The position numbers and the translations under genes are program-made. A stretch of DNA of 64,000 nucleotides from an uncultured Planctomycetaceae bacterium (lineage in GTDB: Bacteria > Planctomycetota > Planctomycetia > Isosphaerales > Isosphaeraceae): the NCBI GenBank assembly GCA_963833985.1, contig CAWIAD010000001.1:672001-736000 (forward strand), read 5' to 3'. Positions 30,191 through 41,523 of this stretch are shown here, piece after piece. Positions within the stretch are counted from its first letter, which is position 1. Each line of letters opens with the position of its first letter. The notes under the pieces were generated by a model. It was not told the DNA's origin, ran no database searches, and saw only the letters and a list, made by a program, of their open reading frames with translations.

Positions 30191-30866
30191 CGCTTTCCGC
30201 GGACACGGTAGCGCACTGGACGCTGGTGTCCAGTTTACCAGGGCCGGTGCTCTCGACAAGCGTGACGTACGCGAACGCCGAATGAGCCGGCTGCGGGTGT
30301 CTCGTGGTCGTCGCTTGCGGAGTCGCGCGGCCCCGGTCCGGTGCTTGCAAACCTGTGTCTGCCGGGCGCGTCACCGGGAGTGCCAGGAATGAAGCGGCTC
30401 ATGTGATGGCCAACACAGCGGCAATATGAATTGAATTTCACGCAATACAGTGTCCATTGCCATTCACATCTTGCAGGATTCTTCATGAAGTCGCCTTGCG
30501 CTTTGCGGCTCTGCTCACGGCGGAAAGCTCGTTTTCAGCACTCTTCTCTGGCTGGAGGAGCGGTCGAAGCTCGAGCTTCGTTGAATTGGTACGGCGGTTG
30601 CTTGACCACGTGCTCGAACTGCCCGGACACCGCAGGTGGACGTTTTCCATCAGCGCCAGCCTGGGAAGCAAAGACTGCCCGCGTGGAACGACAGCCGGGT
30701 GTCGTATGCCAGTGCACACCGACAGGGGCCGTCTTTGAGTTGATCGTGCACCCAAGAACATGCAGCCCGCGACCTGGCACACGGAAATGCACAGGTCGAT
30801 CGTGCAGGAAAACGTGGCAGGTTTGCGCGACCGAAACATTGACGAATTCCAATGGAGCGAACACTC

Positions 30867-31379
30867 ATGAATCGCAACCGCAAGAGGCAGAATCGGTTTC
30901 CGGATTTCGAGGCGCTCGAAGGCCGCCTGGCTTTGAGCGCGGGCATGGGGCTGGGAGTGGCAGAGGGACTGGTGTCCCATCACTCCCATGCTCTGATCAC
31001 GACTCCCGTCGTGCACAGGGTGCCAGTCTCCTTCAGAGGGCACGTGTCAATCAGTGGGTCGACGGTCACGACAAGCCTGACGGGGACGATCGGCAGGGAC
31101 CACTTCACGGGCCACGGCAATGGAACGGCATCGGGAACGCTCTTCGAAGGCGGCGATGTCTACCTGAGCAACAGCAGGGGCAGTGTCACCTTGCAGCTCA
31201 GCCCCGTCTCCGTGACGCACTTCGGCAGGCGTACAAGGCAAACGGTCGCCGTCGTCGCCCTCGAGTCCACTGGTAAATATGCTGGCTACCAGGGAAGCAC
31301 CGGGACACTGACGAGCTGGAATATCCGTGCAACGCCCAGCGCGACGTCGACCTTCAGGGGTGTGTTCAACATCGCTTGA
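30867..31379 (+). CDS. Hypothetical planctomycete extracellular protein
   Basis: Basic N-terminus followed by FEALEGRLALS (LEPR-XLL-like motif); Gly/Thr-rich beta-type body. Confidence 0.7.
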   Translation: MNRNRKRQNRFPDFEALEGRLALSAGMGLGVAEGLVSHHSHALITTPVVHRVPVSFRGHVSISGSTVTTSLTGTIGRDHFTGHGNGTASGTLFEGGDVYLSNSRGSVTLQLSPVSVTHFGRRTRQTVAVVALESTGKYAGYQGSTGTLTSWNIRATPSATSTFRGVFNIA

Positions 31380-31535
31380 TCGCGCCGGGCCGCGGTGCGG
31401 ATGACGCCGCCGGAACTGCAAGAGCGTGTCACTTCCGGATGAGGTAGAGGCTGTCTCGGGTACGAACCCCCGCAACTCGGCCTCGAGCGGGAGCAGGCAC
31501 CTCGGGATCGCCATGCGCCTCGGAGGCTGAGCCGC

Positions 31536-32389
31536 TCACCGCATGATCCGGGGTTCGAGCCAGCGAGCCAGGTCATCGAAGACCTGCTGGCGGCCGAGCT
31601 CGTTGAACGGTTCATGGAGCATCCTGGGGTAGAGCAGGAACGTCTTGTCGTCTGATCCCAGCCGGTCAAAGAAATCCCGGTTGGACTGCGGGCTGACCAC
31701 AGGGTCCTGGCCGCCGATGAGCATGAGGATCGGCAACTTGATTTCGGCCGCCCGAGCCAGCAGCATCTCGCCTCCTTCCACCATCCCGAAGAAAAGCGGC
31801 GCGCTGATGCGGTTGTGCCGCAGGCCGTCGGACCGGTACATCTGCTGCATCACCGGGTCGCGGGTCATCCATGCACTGGGTGCATCGGCACGCAGGGTGA
31901 TCCAGGGTGCCAGAGAGAGCAGCACCTTGCCGAGTTTCAGCTTGGCGGGGGCCACAGGCATGGCGATCCGGATCGAGGGGTTGGAGGCGATCAGTCCCAC
32001 CGCGCCGGTGGCACCCTCGAGCGCCAGGCGAAGCACCACCTGACCGCCATTGGAATGCCCGAGCAGGAACAGCGGCACGCCAGGCCGACGGCCGGCCGCC
32101 CAGGCCACGGCCGAACGGAGGTCGTCGACCAGGTCCTCGTAGCGGCGGACCACCCCGCGCGGCCCGAGCTCTGCCCGTGGCCGCGAAAGTCGAGGGCGAC
32201 GAAATCGATCTGGAGCGCGGGACCGATCGCCTCTGCAACCGGCGCATAGGCGCCGCTGTGCTCGCCCAGGCCGTGCGCCACCACCACCATGCCGCGGGGC
32301 CGCGGGACGGACCACCAGCGGGCTTTCAGGTGCACTCCGCCATGCGACGGCAACGAGAACTGACTGACATCGCCGTGTGAAACCGACAT
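31536..32389 (-). CDS. Alpha/beta hydrolase, lysophospholipase/monoglyceride lipase-like (frameshift near 32165)
   Basis: HGLGEHSGAY, DFRGHGQS, nucleophile GHSNGG, GGQDPVV, HEPFNE. Confidence 0.88.
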
Positions 32390-32735
32390 GGCGTCCCCCC
32401 ATCTCGTTCTCAACGCCTAACAGGCCGGATTCGCCGGCCGGGTCAATCTAGCAGAGCCAGCCCGTGGCGCGTGAGAGCAGTTTCCGGGACAGGTCCCTCC
32501 CCCTCTGCTACGCCGACACGGTCCGGGGTTTTACGCAGCGTGCGCAGGGTTCGTCTTTTGGCCCCCCCCATAATGAGTGGAATTTCATGAAATTTCCATA
32601 ATGCCAAACAAGGCAAATCCCTAGGTCAACCGCTGGAGCTTCTCCCGCCGTCGACATCTCCTTGACGAAGCGCCCGCGAACGGGTTGTATTACTGATGGG
32701 GCGAGTTGTCTTCCAAGGAGTCAGAGGCACCGTGA

Positions 32736-33188
32736 ATGCAGCGTCCCATCGGCCTGGCCCTCGTGCGCAAGGAGGATTCGGTGACTCCCGTGCCTCCAGG
32801 CGATCCTGGGAAGCCAACCAACTCTGCGAGTCGCTCCCGGATCCTGATTGTTGACGACAACAAGGACCTGGCAACCAGCCTGGCCCGGCTGCTGGGCCTG
32901 CTGGGACATGAGGTTCACGTGGTCTTCGACGGTCGCAAGGGGATCGAGGCGGCGCGGTCGTTCCGCCCCCGGGTGCTCCTGCTGGATATCGGCCTGCCTC
33001 TGGTGGACGGCTACCAGGTGGCCAGGACGCTCCGCGAGGACGGTTTTGACGACGTGCTGATCATCGCGCTCTCCGGATATGGCCAGGAAGAAGACCGGCG
33101 CAGGTCGCGTGAGGCCGGCATGAACCACCACGTCACCAAGCCGGTCGACGTCAAGACGATCTCCGATCTGATTGCCGGGCACGAGTAA
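32736..33188 (+). CDS. Stand-alone response regulator receiver
   Basis: ILIVDDN, LLDIGLP.VDGY, IALSGYG, TKPVD; start uncertain. Confidence 0.9.
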   Translation: MQRPIGLALVRKEDSVTPVPPGDPGKPTNSASRSRILIVDDNKDLATSLARLLGLLGHEVHVVFDGRKGIEAARSFRPRVLLLDIGLPLVDGYQVARTLREDGFDDVLIIALSGYGQEEDRRRSREAGMNHHVTKPVDVKTISDLIAGHE

Positions 33189-33476
33189 GGGCGAAGCTCG
33201 CCCCGCCCATCGAGACCACGATCCCGAGCGTCACGCAATCGGTCTCGAGGGACGGTTCGTTTCTCCGGCCGCTCTGCCGCACCCGCAACCAGGCGTTCTT
33301 CTCAGAGTGCTCCCTTTCGCATCCTGCTGACAAACCGGATAAATGAATCAGCACGTTGCGGCTGATGAGCCCGGAGAGTCAGGGCAGCTTCCGGTTCGCT
33401 GCACGTGAAACGTTCTTACCGGTCGTCGTGGCGTAACCTCCCCGCTCCATCCGGCACGACACGAAGGAACCCATTC

Positions 33477-35210
33477 ATGTGGAAAGGCACTTGGCGGACT
33501 CCCGCATCCCACCAATGGACGATCCGGGCAGTACGGCGTCCACGAAGACCTTGCGCGCATGAGCCCGCCGTCGATGCGCTCGAGGTACGCCAGCTTTTGA
33601 CCGCGGCGCTTGCACCCATTCCGAACCTGAGCGTCCCTTCCTTGCTCGGTGCTCAGGTCTCGCTGGACGGCAGCGGAAGCGGCGACCCGAGCCAGACCTT
33701 CACCGCGTCGTCCAGCAATCCCGATATCCAGGTCTCGGTGGCACAGGGAACATTCTGGACGATCACTGTTTCTCATTCTCCCGCCAACGTCAGCGACGTG
33801 ACGATCAACAACGAATCGATGACGTTCCAGCTTTTCGGCGACCTGACCCCGCTTACCGTCGCCCGCATCACCACGCTTACCAACGATCACTATTTCACGA
33901 CCGCGACCCTGCCTGGTTCCGTTCCGGCCGGCCCCGGGAAGTACATCCCGCGCATCACGTCGGACGCCTCGACCGGGTTCAGTGTCATCCAGGGCGGCTC
34001 GGGGAGCCCCACCAGCACGGCCTCATCCAGCGGTCTGCCGCCGATCGCGACGGAGCCGGTGCAGCAGCTCGCTTTCACGGGCGTGTACCAGATCGGCATG
34101 GCCAACACCGGGCAGCCGAATAGCACCGACGCCCAGTTCTTCATCAGCACGGGGACGTTCACGCCGGCCATCCAGCAGACCTTGGACTTCAATTACACGA
34201 TCTTCGGTCAGCTTGTCTCGGGTCAACAAACGCTGGCCGACCTCTCGCATGTGGCCGTGCAGACCAATTCGTTCGGAGAGCTCTCGCAACCGATCACGCC
34301 GGTGACAATTGCTGCCGTCACGCTGTCTTCCACAAGCCCCAGCGGCGTCCTTCATATCGATGCCACCCAGGCCAGGGCCGGGGAAACGGCCACGGTCACG
34401 GTGACGGCCAAGGACCCGACCGACGGTACCCAGGTCACCCGTACGTTCGATGTCGCGGTGGGTTCGTACAATGGTCCAGCAGATCCGGCCATCAACTTCC
34501 GGCCGTTCGCCAGTCCGGTCACCGTCACGACCAGCGAGAACCAGGCAGGCTCGGTGCATCTGGCCGGCCAGAGCGGGTACCCGGATCCGAGCCAACCGGG
34601 AACGCTCAGCTATACGATTCTCACGCAGCCCGCGCACGGCACGCTCAGCCAGTTCGATGCGGCGACCGGTCGCCTGGTTTACACGCCCGACCCGGACTAT
34701 TCCGGCACAGACTCCTTCGAGTATCAGGTGACTGCCACGGGTCCGCTTGCGGCACCCGCGACAACCGTCAGCAATCCCGCGGTGGTGACGATTGCGGTCC
34801 AGCCGGCGGCGGTGTTCCCGGTCGCGGTGACCGGCGTGAGCGACGTCGTCAATGCCCGCAACCTGGTCACGCAGATCACGGTCGATTTCAGTGGTCCACT
34901 CAATGCCTCGCAGGCGGTGAAGCGGTGCTACTATCGCCTGGCGATCGCAAGCCCCTCCGGCTCTTTTAGTGGGAAGTACGCTCGGGTGGTTCTCCTGAGG
35001 AAGCCCGTTTACAGCGCCGGCGGATACGTGGTGACGCTCCGGCCAGGCAGGCCGTTTACGCTTGCACGGCCGGTGCAGCTATTGATTCGCGGCAACCCGC
35101 CGCACGCCTTGAGGGACAGCCGTGGTGTACCGATCGATGGCAACCACGATGGCAAGCCGGGTGGCAACGCGATCGTCGTCCTTTCCAGCTCGGGAGCGAC
35201 CATCGGATGA
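33477..35210 (+). CDS. Extracellular cyclophilin-type peptidyl-prolyl isomerase-like protein with Ig-like (Big) domain
   Basis: ALEVRQLL motif; FSVIQGG, IGMAN.GQPNSTDAQFFI, NYTIFGQLVSG; QPAHGTL...YTPDPDYSGTDSFEY; C-terminal IDGNHDGKPGG. Confidence 0.8.
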   Translation: MWKGTWRTPASHQWTIRAVRRPRRPCAHEPAVDALEVRQLLTAALAPIPNLSVPSLLGAQVSLDGSGSGDPSQTFTASSSNPDIQVSVAQGTFWTITVSHSPANVSDVTINNESMTFQLFGDLTPLTVARITTLTNDHYFTTATLPGSVPAGPGKYIPRITSDASTGFSVIQGGSGSPTSTASSSGLPPIATEPVQQLAFTGVYQIGMANTGQPNSTDAQFFISTGTFTPAIQQTLDFNYTIFGQLVSGQQTLADLSHVAVQTNSFGELSQPITPVTIAAVTLSSTSPSGVLHIDATQARAGETATVTVTAKDPTDGTQVTRTFDVAVGSYNGPADPAINFRPFASPVTVTTSENQAGSVHLAGQSGYPDPSQPGTLSYTILTQPAHGTLSQFDAATGRLVYTPDPDYSGTDSFEYQVTATGPLAAPATTVSNPAVVTIAVQPAAVFPVAVTGVSDVVNARNLVTQITVDFSGPLNASQAVKRCYYRLAIASPSGSFSGKYARVVLLRKPVYSAGGYVVTLRPGRPFTLARPVQLLIRGNPPHALRDSRGVPIDGNHDGKPGGNAIVVLSSSGATIG

Positions 35211-37240
35211 GCTCCAGGCCGGTGCGCGGAGACCATGACGGCGAAGTGCGCGGGTATGCCGATGCGCCGCCGGAGCGCACACGACCCGTTCGTCGGTCGT
35301 GTTTCGCCGCGAGCAAGCCCATGAGGGTCTCGGCGAGAACAACTTTTGTAGTGCGACTGCTTCTGGTCGGGGCGATCTGGCCGGTGTGGGGTTGCGGCCC
35401 AGCGGGAGAAGAGTTGACCCGAGATCGCACCGGAAGCGTGTCGAGCGCCCGCACCGGCGACTCGCCCCCATCGCCGGGGCTGGACCGCTCGCCCGGGGAA
35501 CTCCGGCCTAGGATCTTGGGCGACCGGCAGGGGGACGCCGCGAGCGAGCCGCAAACGCTCTCGGACCAGGCCCAGTCCAGCCCGTTCCGCTTCACCGACG
35601 TCGTCAAGGAGTCGGGGATCGTGTTCGAACATTTCTCGGGCATGACCGCGGAGAAGCACTTCCCGACCGCCAACGGCTCGGGCGTGGCGATGTTCGATTA
35701 CGACAACGACGGCCGGCTGGATCTCTACTTCGCCACGGCCACCCGGCTTCCGCCGGGAAGCGCCCGGAGCGGCCCCAACCGGTTGTTCAGGAACCTTGGA
35801 GGCAACCGGTTCAAGGATGTGACCGAGGCCGCGGGAGTGGGTTTTCGCGGCTTCTGCCACGGCATCATCGTCGGCGATCTGGATAACGACGGCGACGCCG
35901 ATCTGTTTCTCTGCAACTACGGCCCGAACGTGCTGTACGAAAACCGGGGGGACGGAACCTTTCGCGATATCAGCAAGGCCGCGGGAATCGACCGCCCGAA
36001 CTGGTCCACGGGCGGAGCGCTGCTCGACTATGACAATGACGGTGATCTCGACCTGTACATCGCCAATTACGGAGACTGGAAACTTCCCGAGGATGACCAG
36101 TTCTGCGGCCAGCTCGAACCCAGGAGGGTCCGGCTCTACTGTTCTCCGAATTTCATTCGGCCCACGAAGCACCTGCTGTACCGGAACAATGGCGATCTCA
36201 CCTTCACGGACGTGTATGACCGGGTGATCAGGAGCATCGATCCTGAAACCAGGAAGCCACGGCCCAGGACCGACGGCCGCGGCTTCGCCGCCGTCACGGC
36301 CGATCTCAACAGCGACGGCCTGATCGATATCTATGTTGTCAATGATATGTGTCCCAATTTCCTGTTCCTGAACCGCGGCGACGGTACGTTCGACGATGCG
36401 ACCGAGTCGTCGGGTGCGGCCTATGATGAACGCGGGCAACCGCAGTCCGGCATGGGTGTGGATGCCGAGGACGTGAACGGCGACGGTCTGCCCGACCTCT
36501 TCGTGTCCAACTTCAGCAACGAGTACAACACGCTTCACCTGAATGTCGTCCGCGGGCTGTTCATGGATGCAACTTCGTTCTTCGGGCTGGCCGCCGACAC
36601 GATGCCCTTCGTCGGCTGGGGCACAGCGCTGGCCGATCTCGACAACGACGGCTGGCCGGACAACTTCGTCGCCAACGGCCATGTCGACGACAACCGACAG
36701 GAACTGGGGCAGCCTTACCCGTACGCGGAACCGCCGCTTTTGTTCGTGAACCTGGAGGGGAAGCGATTTCGCCTGGCGACTCGTGATGCCGGTCCGTATT
36801 TCGAGACCGGACACGTCGGCCAGGGCGCAGCCTTCGGAGACCTGGACAACGACGGCGATATCGATATCGTGATCAACCATAAGGACGCGGCGCCGGCCCT
36901 GTTGCGTAACGACACAAGGTCGGAGAATCGCTGGATCCGCCTCGATCTCGAGGGCGCACTCAGCAACCGCGACGCGGTCGGCGCCCGCGTGGAGCTTGAG
37001 GCAGGTGGGCGGACGATCTTCCGCCAGCGGAAAGGCGGGTATAGCCTGGAATCGTCAAACGACCCCCGCCTCCTGATCGGAGTCGGCCGTACATCGACTG
37101 TCGATCATGTAAAGGTACGCTGGCCCTCGGGGCAACAGAGCGTGCTCGACCATCTCGGAACGAATCGATCCTACAAGATTGTCGAACCGGGGCGGAGCAA
37201 CGCCGCGGGGGTGAAAAAGCCAGGCAGCAACACCCCGTGA
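35207..37240 (+). CDS. CRTAC1-family protein (FG-GAP/VCBS repeats plus ASPIC/UnbV domain); start uncertain
   Basis: Repeated D.DNDG..DL motifs; SNRDAVGARV...GGYSLESSNDPRLLIGVG...VRWPSG. Confidence 0.9.
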   Translation: MSSRPVRGDHDGEVRGYADAPPERTRPVRRSCFAASKPMRVSARTTFVVRLLLVGAIWPVWGCGPAGEELTRDRTGSVSSARTGDSPPSPGLDRSPGELRPRILGDRQGDAASEPQTLSDQAQSSPFRFTDVVKESGIVFEHFSGMTAEKHFPTANGSGVAMFDYDNDGRLDLYFATATRLPPGSARSGPNRLFRNLGGNRFKDVTEAAGVGFRGFCHGIIVGDLDNDGDADLFLCNYGPNVLYENRGDGTFRDISKAAGIDRPNWSTGGALLDYDNDGDLDLYIANYGDWKLPEDDQFCGQLEPRRVRLYCSPNFIRPTKHLLYRNNGDLTFTDVYDRVIRSIDPETRKPRPRTDGRGFAAVTADLNSDGLIDIYVVNDMCPNFLFLNRGDGTFDDATESSGAAYDERGQPQSGMGVDAEDVNGDGLPDLFVSNFSNEYNTLHLNVVRGLFMDATSFFGLAADTMPFVGWGTALADLDNDGWPDNFVANGHVDDNRQELGQPYPYAEPPLLFVNLEGKRFRLATRDAGPYFETGHVGQGAAFGDLDNDGDIDIVINHKDAAPALLRNDTRSENRWIRLDLEGALSNRDAVGARVELEAGGRTIFRQRKGGYSLESSNDPRLLIGVGRTSTVDHVKVRWPSGQQSVLDHLGTNRSYKIVEPGRSNAAGVKKPGSNTP

Positions 37241-37255
37241 GGTGCAGCCAGATCC

Positions 37256-38483
37256 ATGCGCGATGAGAACACGAGGCCGGGCCGTCGCAGAAGGTGGGCG
37301 TGGTGGATCGCACTTGCACTCGCGGCCGCGGCACTCGGCATGATGGTCGCCTGGGAGGGCTGGACACGGCAGGCTGTGAACCCGGACCAGATCCGCCGCG
37401 AGGTCGAGACCAGCCTGCGATCGGGACGGCCCGAACAGGCCTGGGCGCAGATCGCGAAGCTCAGGAAACCGACGCCGGACGACCTCTTGCTGCGCGCCCA
37501 GGCGGCCATGGCGCTGCGCCGGCCGGACCAGGCGCTCGCCGATCTGGCCCACATTCCGGATGCCAGCCCGCTGGCCGCCCAGGCGCGGTTGCTGGAGGGG
37601 CAGATCGAGCTCCCGCAGAGACCGCGTGCGGATCGCGGAGAAAACGCTGCGGAAGGCGCTCGAGCTGGACCCCAGGCTTGTGAACGCGCACAAGCAACTG
37701 ATCTACATTTACGGCATGCTGCTCCGACGTCGCGAGCTCGACGACCATTTCCAGGCGCTCGCCCGGCTGGTTCCCCTGAGCTTCGACAACGTGTTCCACT
37801 GGTGCCTGACACGCAACACGGTCTGGGAGCCGCACGAGCGGCTCGTCGACCTGAAACGCTTCGTGGTGGCGGACCCGGACGATCGCGGGTCGCGAGTCGC
37901 CCTTGCGGAGACCCTGCGCCAGGTCGGCAGGCGCGAAGAAGCCCTGAGCGTGGTCTCGATGCTTCCCGAGGCCGATCCGGAAGCCTGCGCGGTGCGTGCC
38001 AGAATCGCGCTGGACCGTGGCGATGAGCAAGGCTTCAAGGCGATCCTTCGCGCCGCACCCGCTGACCACCCGGAACTGGCGTTGCTCGCCGGCCGTTTCG
38101 CCCTGGCGCACCAGGATGGGAAAGCGGCCGTCGAGCGGCTTCGCGCCGCGCTCGCCGGGAGTCCGGATGATCGAGACGTGCTCTTCGGCCTGGGAACGGC
38201 GCTCGCGCTGACGGGCGACCACGCCGCAGCCGCGCCGTTCCTGCGTGCCTCGAAGGGCTACGACGATCTCGGCGGCGCTCATGACCCGGGCCGCCAACCC
38301 CGCCAACCATAGGGACCCTGCGCTCTGCGCGCTCTGGGAGCGGCGTGCGAGGCGGTCCGCCACTTTCCCGAGGCGCGCGCGTGGTACGTGCTGGCGCTGG
38401 AGATCGACCCGCTCGATGCCGTGGCGCAAAAGGCTCTCTTCAGGATGAACTCCCGGGAGACTCCACCTTCACCGGACGGTTAG
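37256..38483 (+). CDS. Tetratricopeptide repeat protein (apparent frameshifts near 37615 and 38275-38340)
   Basis: N-terminal TM helix; ARLLEGQIEL, LRKALELDP, ALEIDPLD segments spread over frames; typical CRTAC1 neighbour. Confidence 0.72.
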
Positions 38484-38522
38484 CCGGTGATCGACAGGGC
38501 ATCGAGACCAGCCGAGCGGCGC

Positions 38523-38759
38523 CTACCGGGCACCCGGCTTTGCGGGCGTAGTCTTTTTGGCTGGCTTCTCCGGCTCCGGAATGCCATCCCGGGCACGAGC
38601 TTCTTTCAGGACGTCGTCGGGCGTCTTGAGCTCGGCGCCACTTCCGGCCCGCTCCATGTCCGTCGACTCCCCGCAGCCGGGCGCGGCCAGCGAGATGGTG
38701 AAAAACAGCAGCCACGAACTCAGCAGGTAGGCCCAGGGGCCGCGATGCAGCTCTCTCAT
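38523..38759 (-). CDS. Small putative lipoprotein downstream of DUF1559 gene
   Basis: AAGAGGA RBS; hydrophobic stretch then APGCG lipobox-like motif. Confidence 0.6.
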   Translation of the reverse strand: MRELHRGPWAYLLSSWLLFFTISLAAPGCGESTDMERAGSGAELKTPDDVLKEARARDGIPEPEKPAKKTTPAKPGAR

Positions 38760-38960
38760 TCCGATCCTCTTGGGTGGTGTCGTAAAAACAGTAGACGAGA
38801 CGGCTGTACGAGTGATGGCCCGCGGCGAGGTCGCCGCGAACGATCCCCGGTTGAAACAAGGCGATGCGCGTTCCGGCGGGCCGGGTCGATAAGCCATCGG
38901 CGCTCGATGAGCTTTCGGCCGGTCCGCCGGTGGATGCATCGTGGATTACCGCCGCACGGC

Positions 38961-40055
38961 TCAGTAGCTGTCCGAGGAGATGATCTCGCCGTTGTCTCGG
39001 GTACCCAGCGACCACCACGTCGACATGTTGATGGAATTCTTGATGAAGCGTACGCTACCATCGGCCATCAGGGTGTTCACGCCGCCGGGGTGGTTGCTGG
39101 AGGCATTGGCGAATGTGGCCTCGTCGGGCCAGCCACCACCCTGGTCACGGCAGTCGCCCCAAGGGAATTGCTGCGAGTTCGGCGGCACAATGGTGTTGAA
39201 CCACGTCATCCCGTTGGCGCCCACCTCAAAATAAATGCCGCGCCAGGGGTTATTCGACCACGGTGACGTGGCACCGCTGTAAAAGCACGTATTGCAGGCC
39301 TGGAGTGCGGTCATGATGGCAGCCGTGTTCATGTTGGCGTCGTACATGTTGGCCGCGATCAGCGTGCCGTGAGAGCAGTTCATCGGCGACATGCCGCGGT
39401 ATGTGCCGGTTGACATTCCCGGAATGCCCACAAGCGCCTCGGAGAACGCGATCGTATTGGACGTGCCGTCGTGCACGTCCTGGATGCCGTACACCACATA
39501 GTAAAAGAACAGGCCGTTGCTCCCGGTCGATGAGTTGACCTGCGGGGTCATCGTCGTGGTGCCCTGAGACGCCACATAGCTGTTGTCATTGCTGGAGTTG
39601 TTGTTGTTCAGGTTCGCCGAGCCGACTCCCGCCCAGTTGTCCGATGGGCAGAGAAACCCCTTGATCCTGGAGAGCGTGACGGTGCTGTTCATCCAGAAAT
39701 TGATGCCTTCATTGTTGCCCACCATGAAATTGCATGCATTGTACGTCGTGGACATCTCCATGTAGGGGAGCATGAGGATGTGGCAGCTCCAGTTGTCCCA
39801 CTGGAAATTGTTGTTCCGGGTGGAATTCGTGGAAACGATGTATTCCGAGGCACCAAGCGGAAACGAATTGATTGCGGACTGGTAGTTGTGCAGGGCCAGA
39901 CCGATCTGCTTGAGGTTATTAGTGCACTGAGCTCTGCGGGCGGCCTCGCGCGCCGACTGCACGGCCGGTAAGAGGAGGGAGATAAGAACAGCGATGATTG
40001 CGATCACCACCAAGAGCTCGATGAGCGTGAAGGCACGGGGATACCTCAGTCGCAT
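38961..40055 (-). CDS. DUF1559 family protein (prepilin-type N-terminus, H-X9-DG motif)
   Basis: [73 protein letters not shown]. Confidence 0.96.
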   Translation of the reverse strand: MRLRYPRAFTLIELLVVIAIIAVLISLLLPAVQSAREAARRAQCTNNLKQIGLALHNYQSAINSFPLGASEYIVSTNSTRNNNFQWDNWSCHILMLPYMEMSTTYNACNFMVGNNEGINFWMNSTVTLSRIKGFLCPSDNWAGVGSANLNNNNSSNDNSYVASQGTTTMTPQVNSSTGSNGLFFYYVVYGIQDVHDGTSNTIAFSEALVGIPGMSTGTYRGMSPMNCSHGTLIAANMYDANMNTAAIMTALQACNTCFYSGATSPWSNNPWRGIYFEVGANGMTWFNTIVPPNSQQFPWGDCRDQGGGWPDEATFANASSNHPGGVNTLMADGSVRFIKNSINMSTWWSLGTRDNGEIISSDSY

Positions 40056-40363
40056 GGCCGGCGTCTCCTTGTTGATGGGCAGAGTGAATCTCGCGACATT
40101 CTGACCGAACGCCGCTTCCGTAGAGGTGACGGGGCTCATTGTGACATGCGCCGATCTGTGGTCAACAAAAAAATCAAAAATTTTGGCCAGAGATGGCATG
40201 ACGGAGTGCAGAATTCGCAGTCAGGGAGCGGAAGGCCCGGGTCAGGGATGTACCTCAGACCCGGGGTCGCTGGCGAATCGTCCAGAAAGGCACTCGGTCG
40301 CTCTATCGACCGGGCTGTGCGGGCGGCCATGCAGTACATGCCGGATGCGTGGGAACGCGGCGG

Positions 40364-41380
40364 TCAGGTTGTGAAGCCGTGCTGCTTGCGGTGCGCCGTG
40401 CCGTCAAAGTACTGTGTGGTTTTGAAAAGCTCGAACCGCCCGTCGCCGGCAATGGCCTGGAACCGGGCCTCGAGCGCAGTCATTTCATCACGGCTCATGG
40501 GCTGGAATTCGCGTGCGATCTTGAGGTTCTGATCGAGGATCCGTTCCGAGTCGATCCCGCACACCAGGGTGGTGATGGGAAGAGAGAATACATAACGCAA
40601 GGCGTCCTCGACAGGGATGCCCGCCGCCGTCACGAGGCCGCCACGGCCGCCGAGGCTCTTCATGCCGATGGGAGCAATGCCGCGGCGGTTGACCTCCGAC
40701 AGCAGCTCGCGCTGAAAGCTGCGGAACTGGCTGTCCAGCACGTTCAGCGGCATCTGCACGCTCACCCACTCGAAGGGTTTTGCCAGCATCTTCTTGTGGA
40801 TCTCGGGATGCTTGTGCCCGGTGAAGCCAATGTAGCGGACCTTCCCTTGTTCCCTGGCCTTCAGCGCAAACTCGAGGGCTCCGCCGGAGGCGAAGATCCA
40901 GTCGGGGTCGTTATCGTAATTGATCTCGTGGAACTGCCAGAGATCGAGGTGGTCGGTCTGCAAGCGCCTGAGGCTGTCCTCGAGGTTGGACTGGGCGTCC
41001 CTGGCCGTACGCCCGCAGCACTTGGTCATGAGGAAGACCTTGTCGCGCCGGCCGCCCTGGGAGAGGGCCTTCCCCATACGGTCCTCGGCCTTGCCGTCCA
41101 TGTAGTCCCAGGCGTTGTCCATGAAGGTGATGCCCTCGTCCACGGCGCGCTGGATCAGCCGCACGCTTTCGGCTTCAGGCTCGGGGACGGCGGCGTGATA
41201 GCCGCCCAGGCCCATCATTGTCACCTTCTCGTTCGTCCGCCCCAGCGGGCGGAGGGGTATACCGCCGGGGCTCCGGTCCTGCGCAGCGTGCGCCGGAACC
41301 GCCAGCGACGCCACGGCCAGACCAGCCGCGCCGGCCTGGAGAAATGTGCGTCGATCAAGGCTCGGGGTCGGTTGCGTCAT
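40364..41380 (-). CDS. Aldo/keto reductase with Tat signal
   Basis: DRRTFL; RPLGRT, FMDNAWDY, VFLMTK, SLRRLQTDHLDLWQFH, GFTGHK. Confidence 0.92.
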   Translation of the reverse strand: MTQPTPSLDRRTFLQAGAAGLAVASLAVPAHAAQDRSPGGIPLRPLGRTNEKVTMMGLGGYHAAVPEPEAESVRLIQRAVDEGITFMDNAWDYMDGKAEDRMGKALSQGGRRDKVFLMTKCCGRTARDAQSNLEDSLRRLQTDHLDLWQFHEINYDNDPDWIFASGGALEFALKAREQGKVRYIGFTGHKHPEIHKKMLAKPFEWVSVQMPLNVLDSQFRSFQRELLSEVNRRGIAPIGMKSLGGRGGLVTAAGIPVEDALRYVFSLPITTLVCGIDSERILDQNLKIAREFQPMSRDEMTALEARFQAIAGDGRFELFKTTQYFDGTAHRKQHGFTT

Positions 41381-41523
41381 CGTTCGCTCCTCCAGCAGTT
41401 CGGGAAACGTCGCAACGGGAAGACCGGCGATCTGGCCTGATGGTACCCCCCTGCAAACTGGAAAACACCTTGGTACTTGCGGGTGGGTCCATTTCCTCGT
41501 GCGACGGGTTCCACGCCCGCACG

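Noticed and set aside
30775..30791. sigma54-like TGGCAC...TGCA (similar at ~40194)
   Set aside because: GG to GC spacing is 11 nt rather than the required 10
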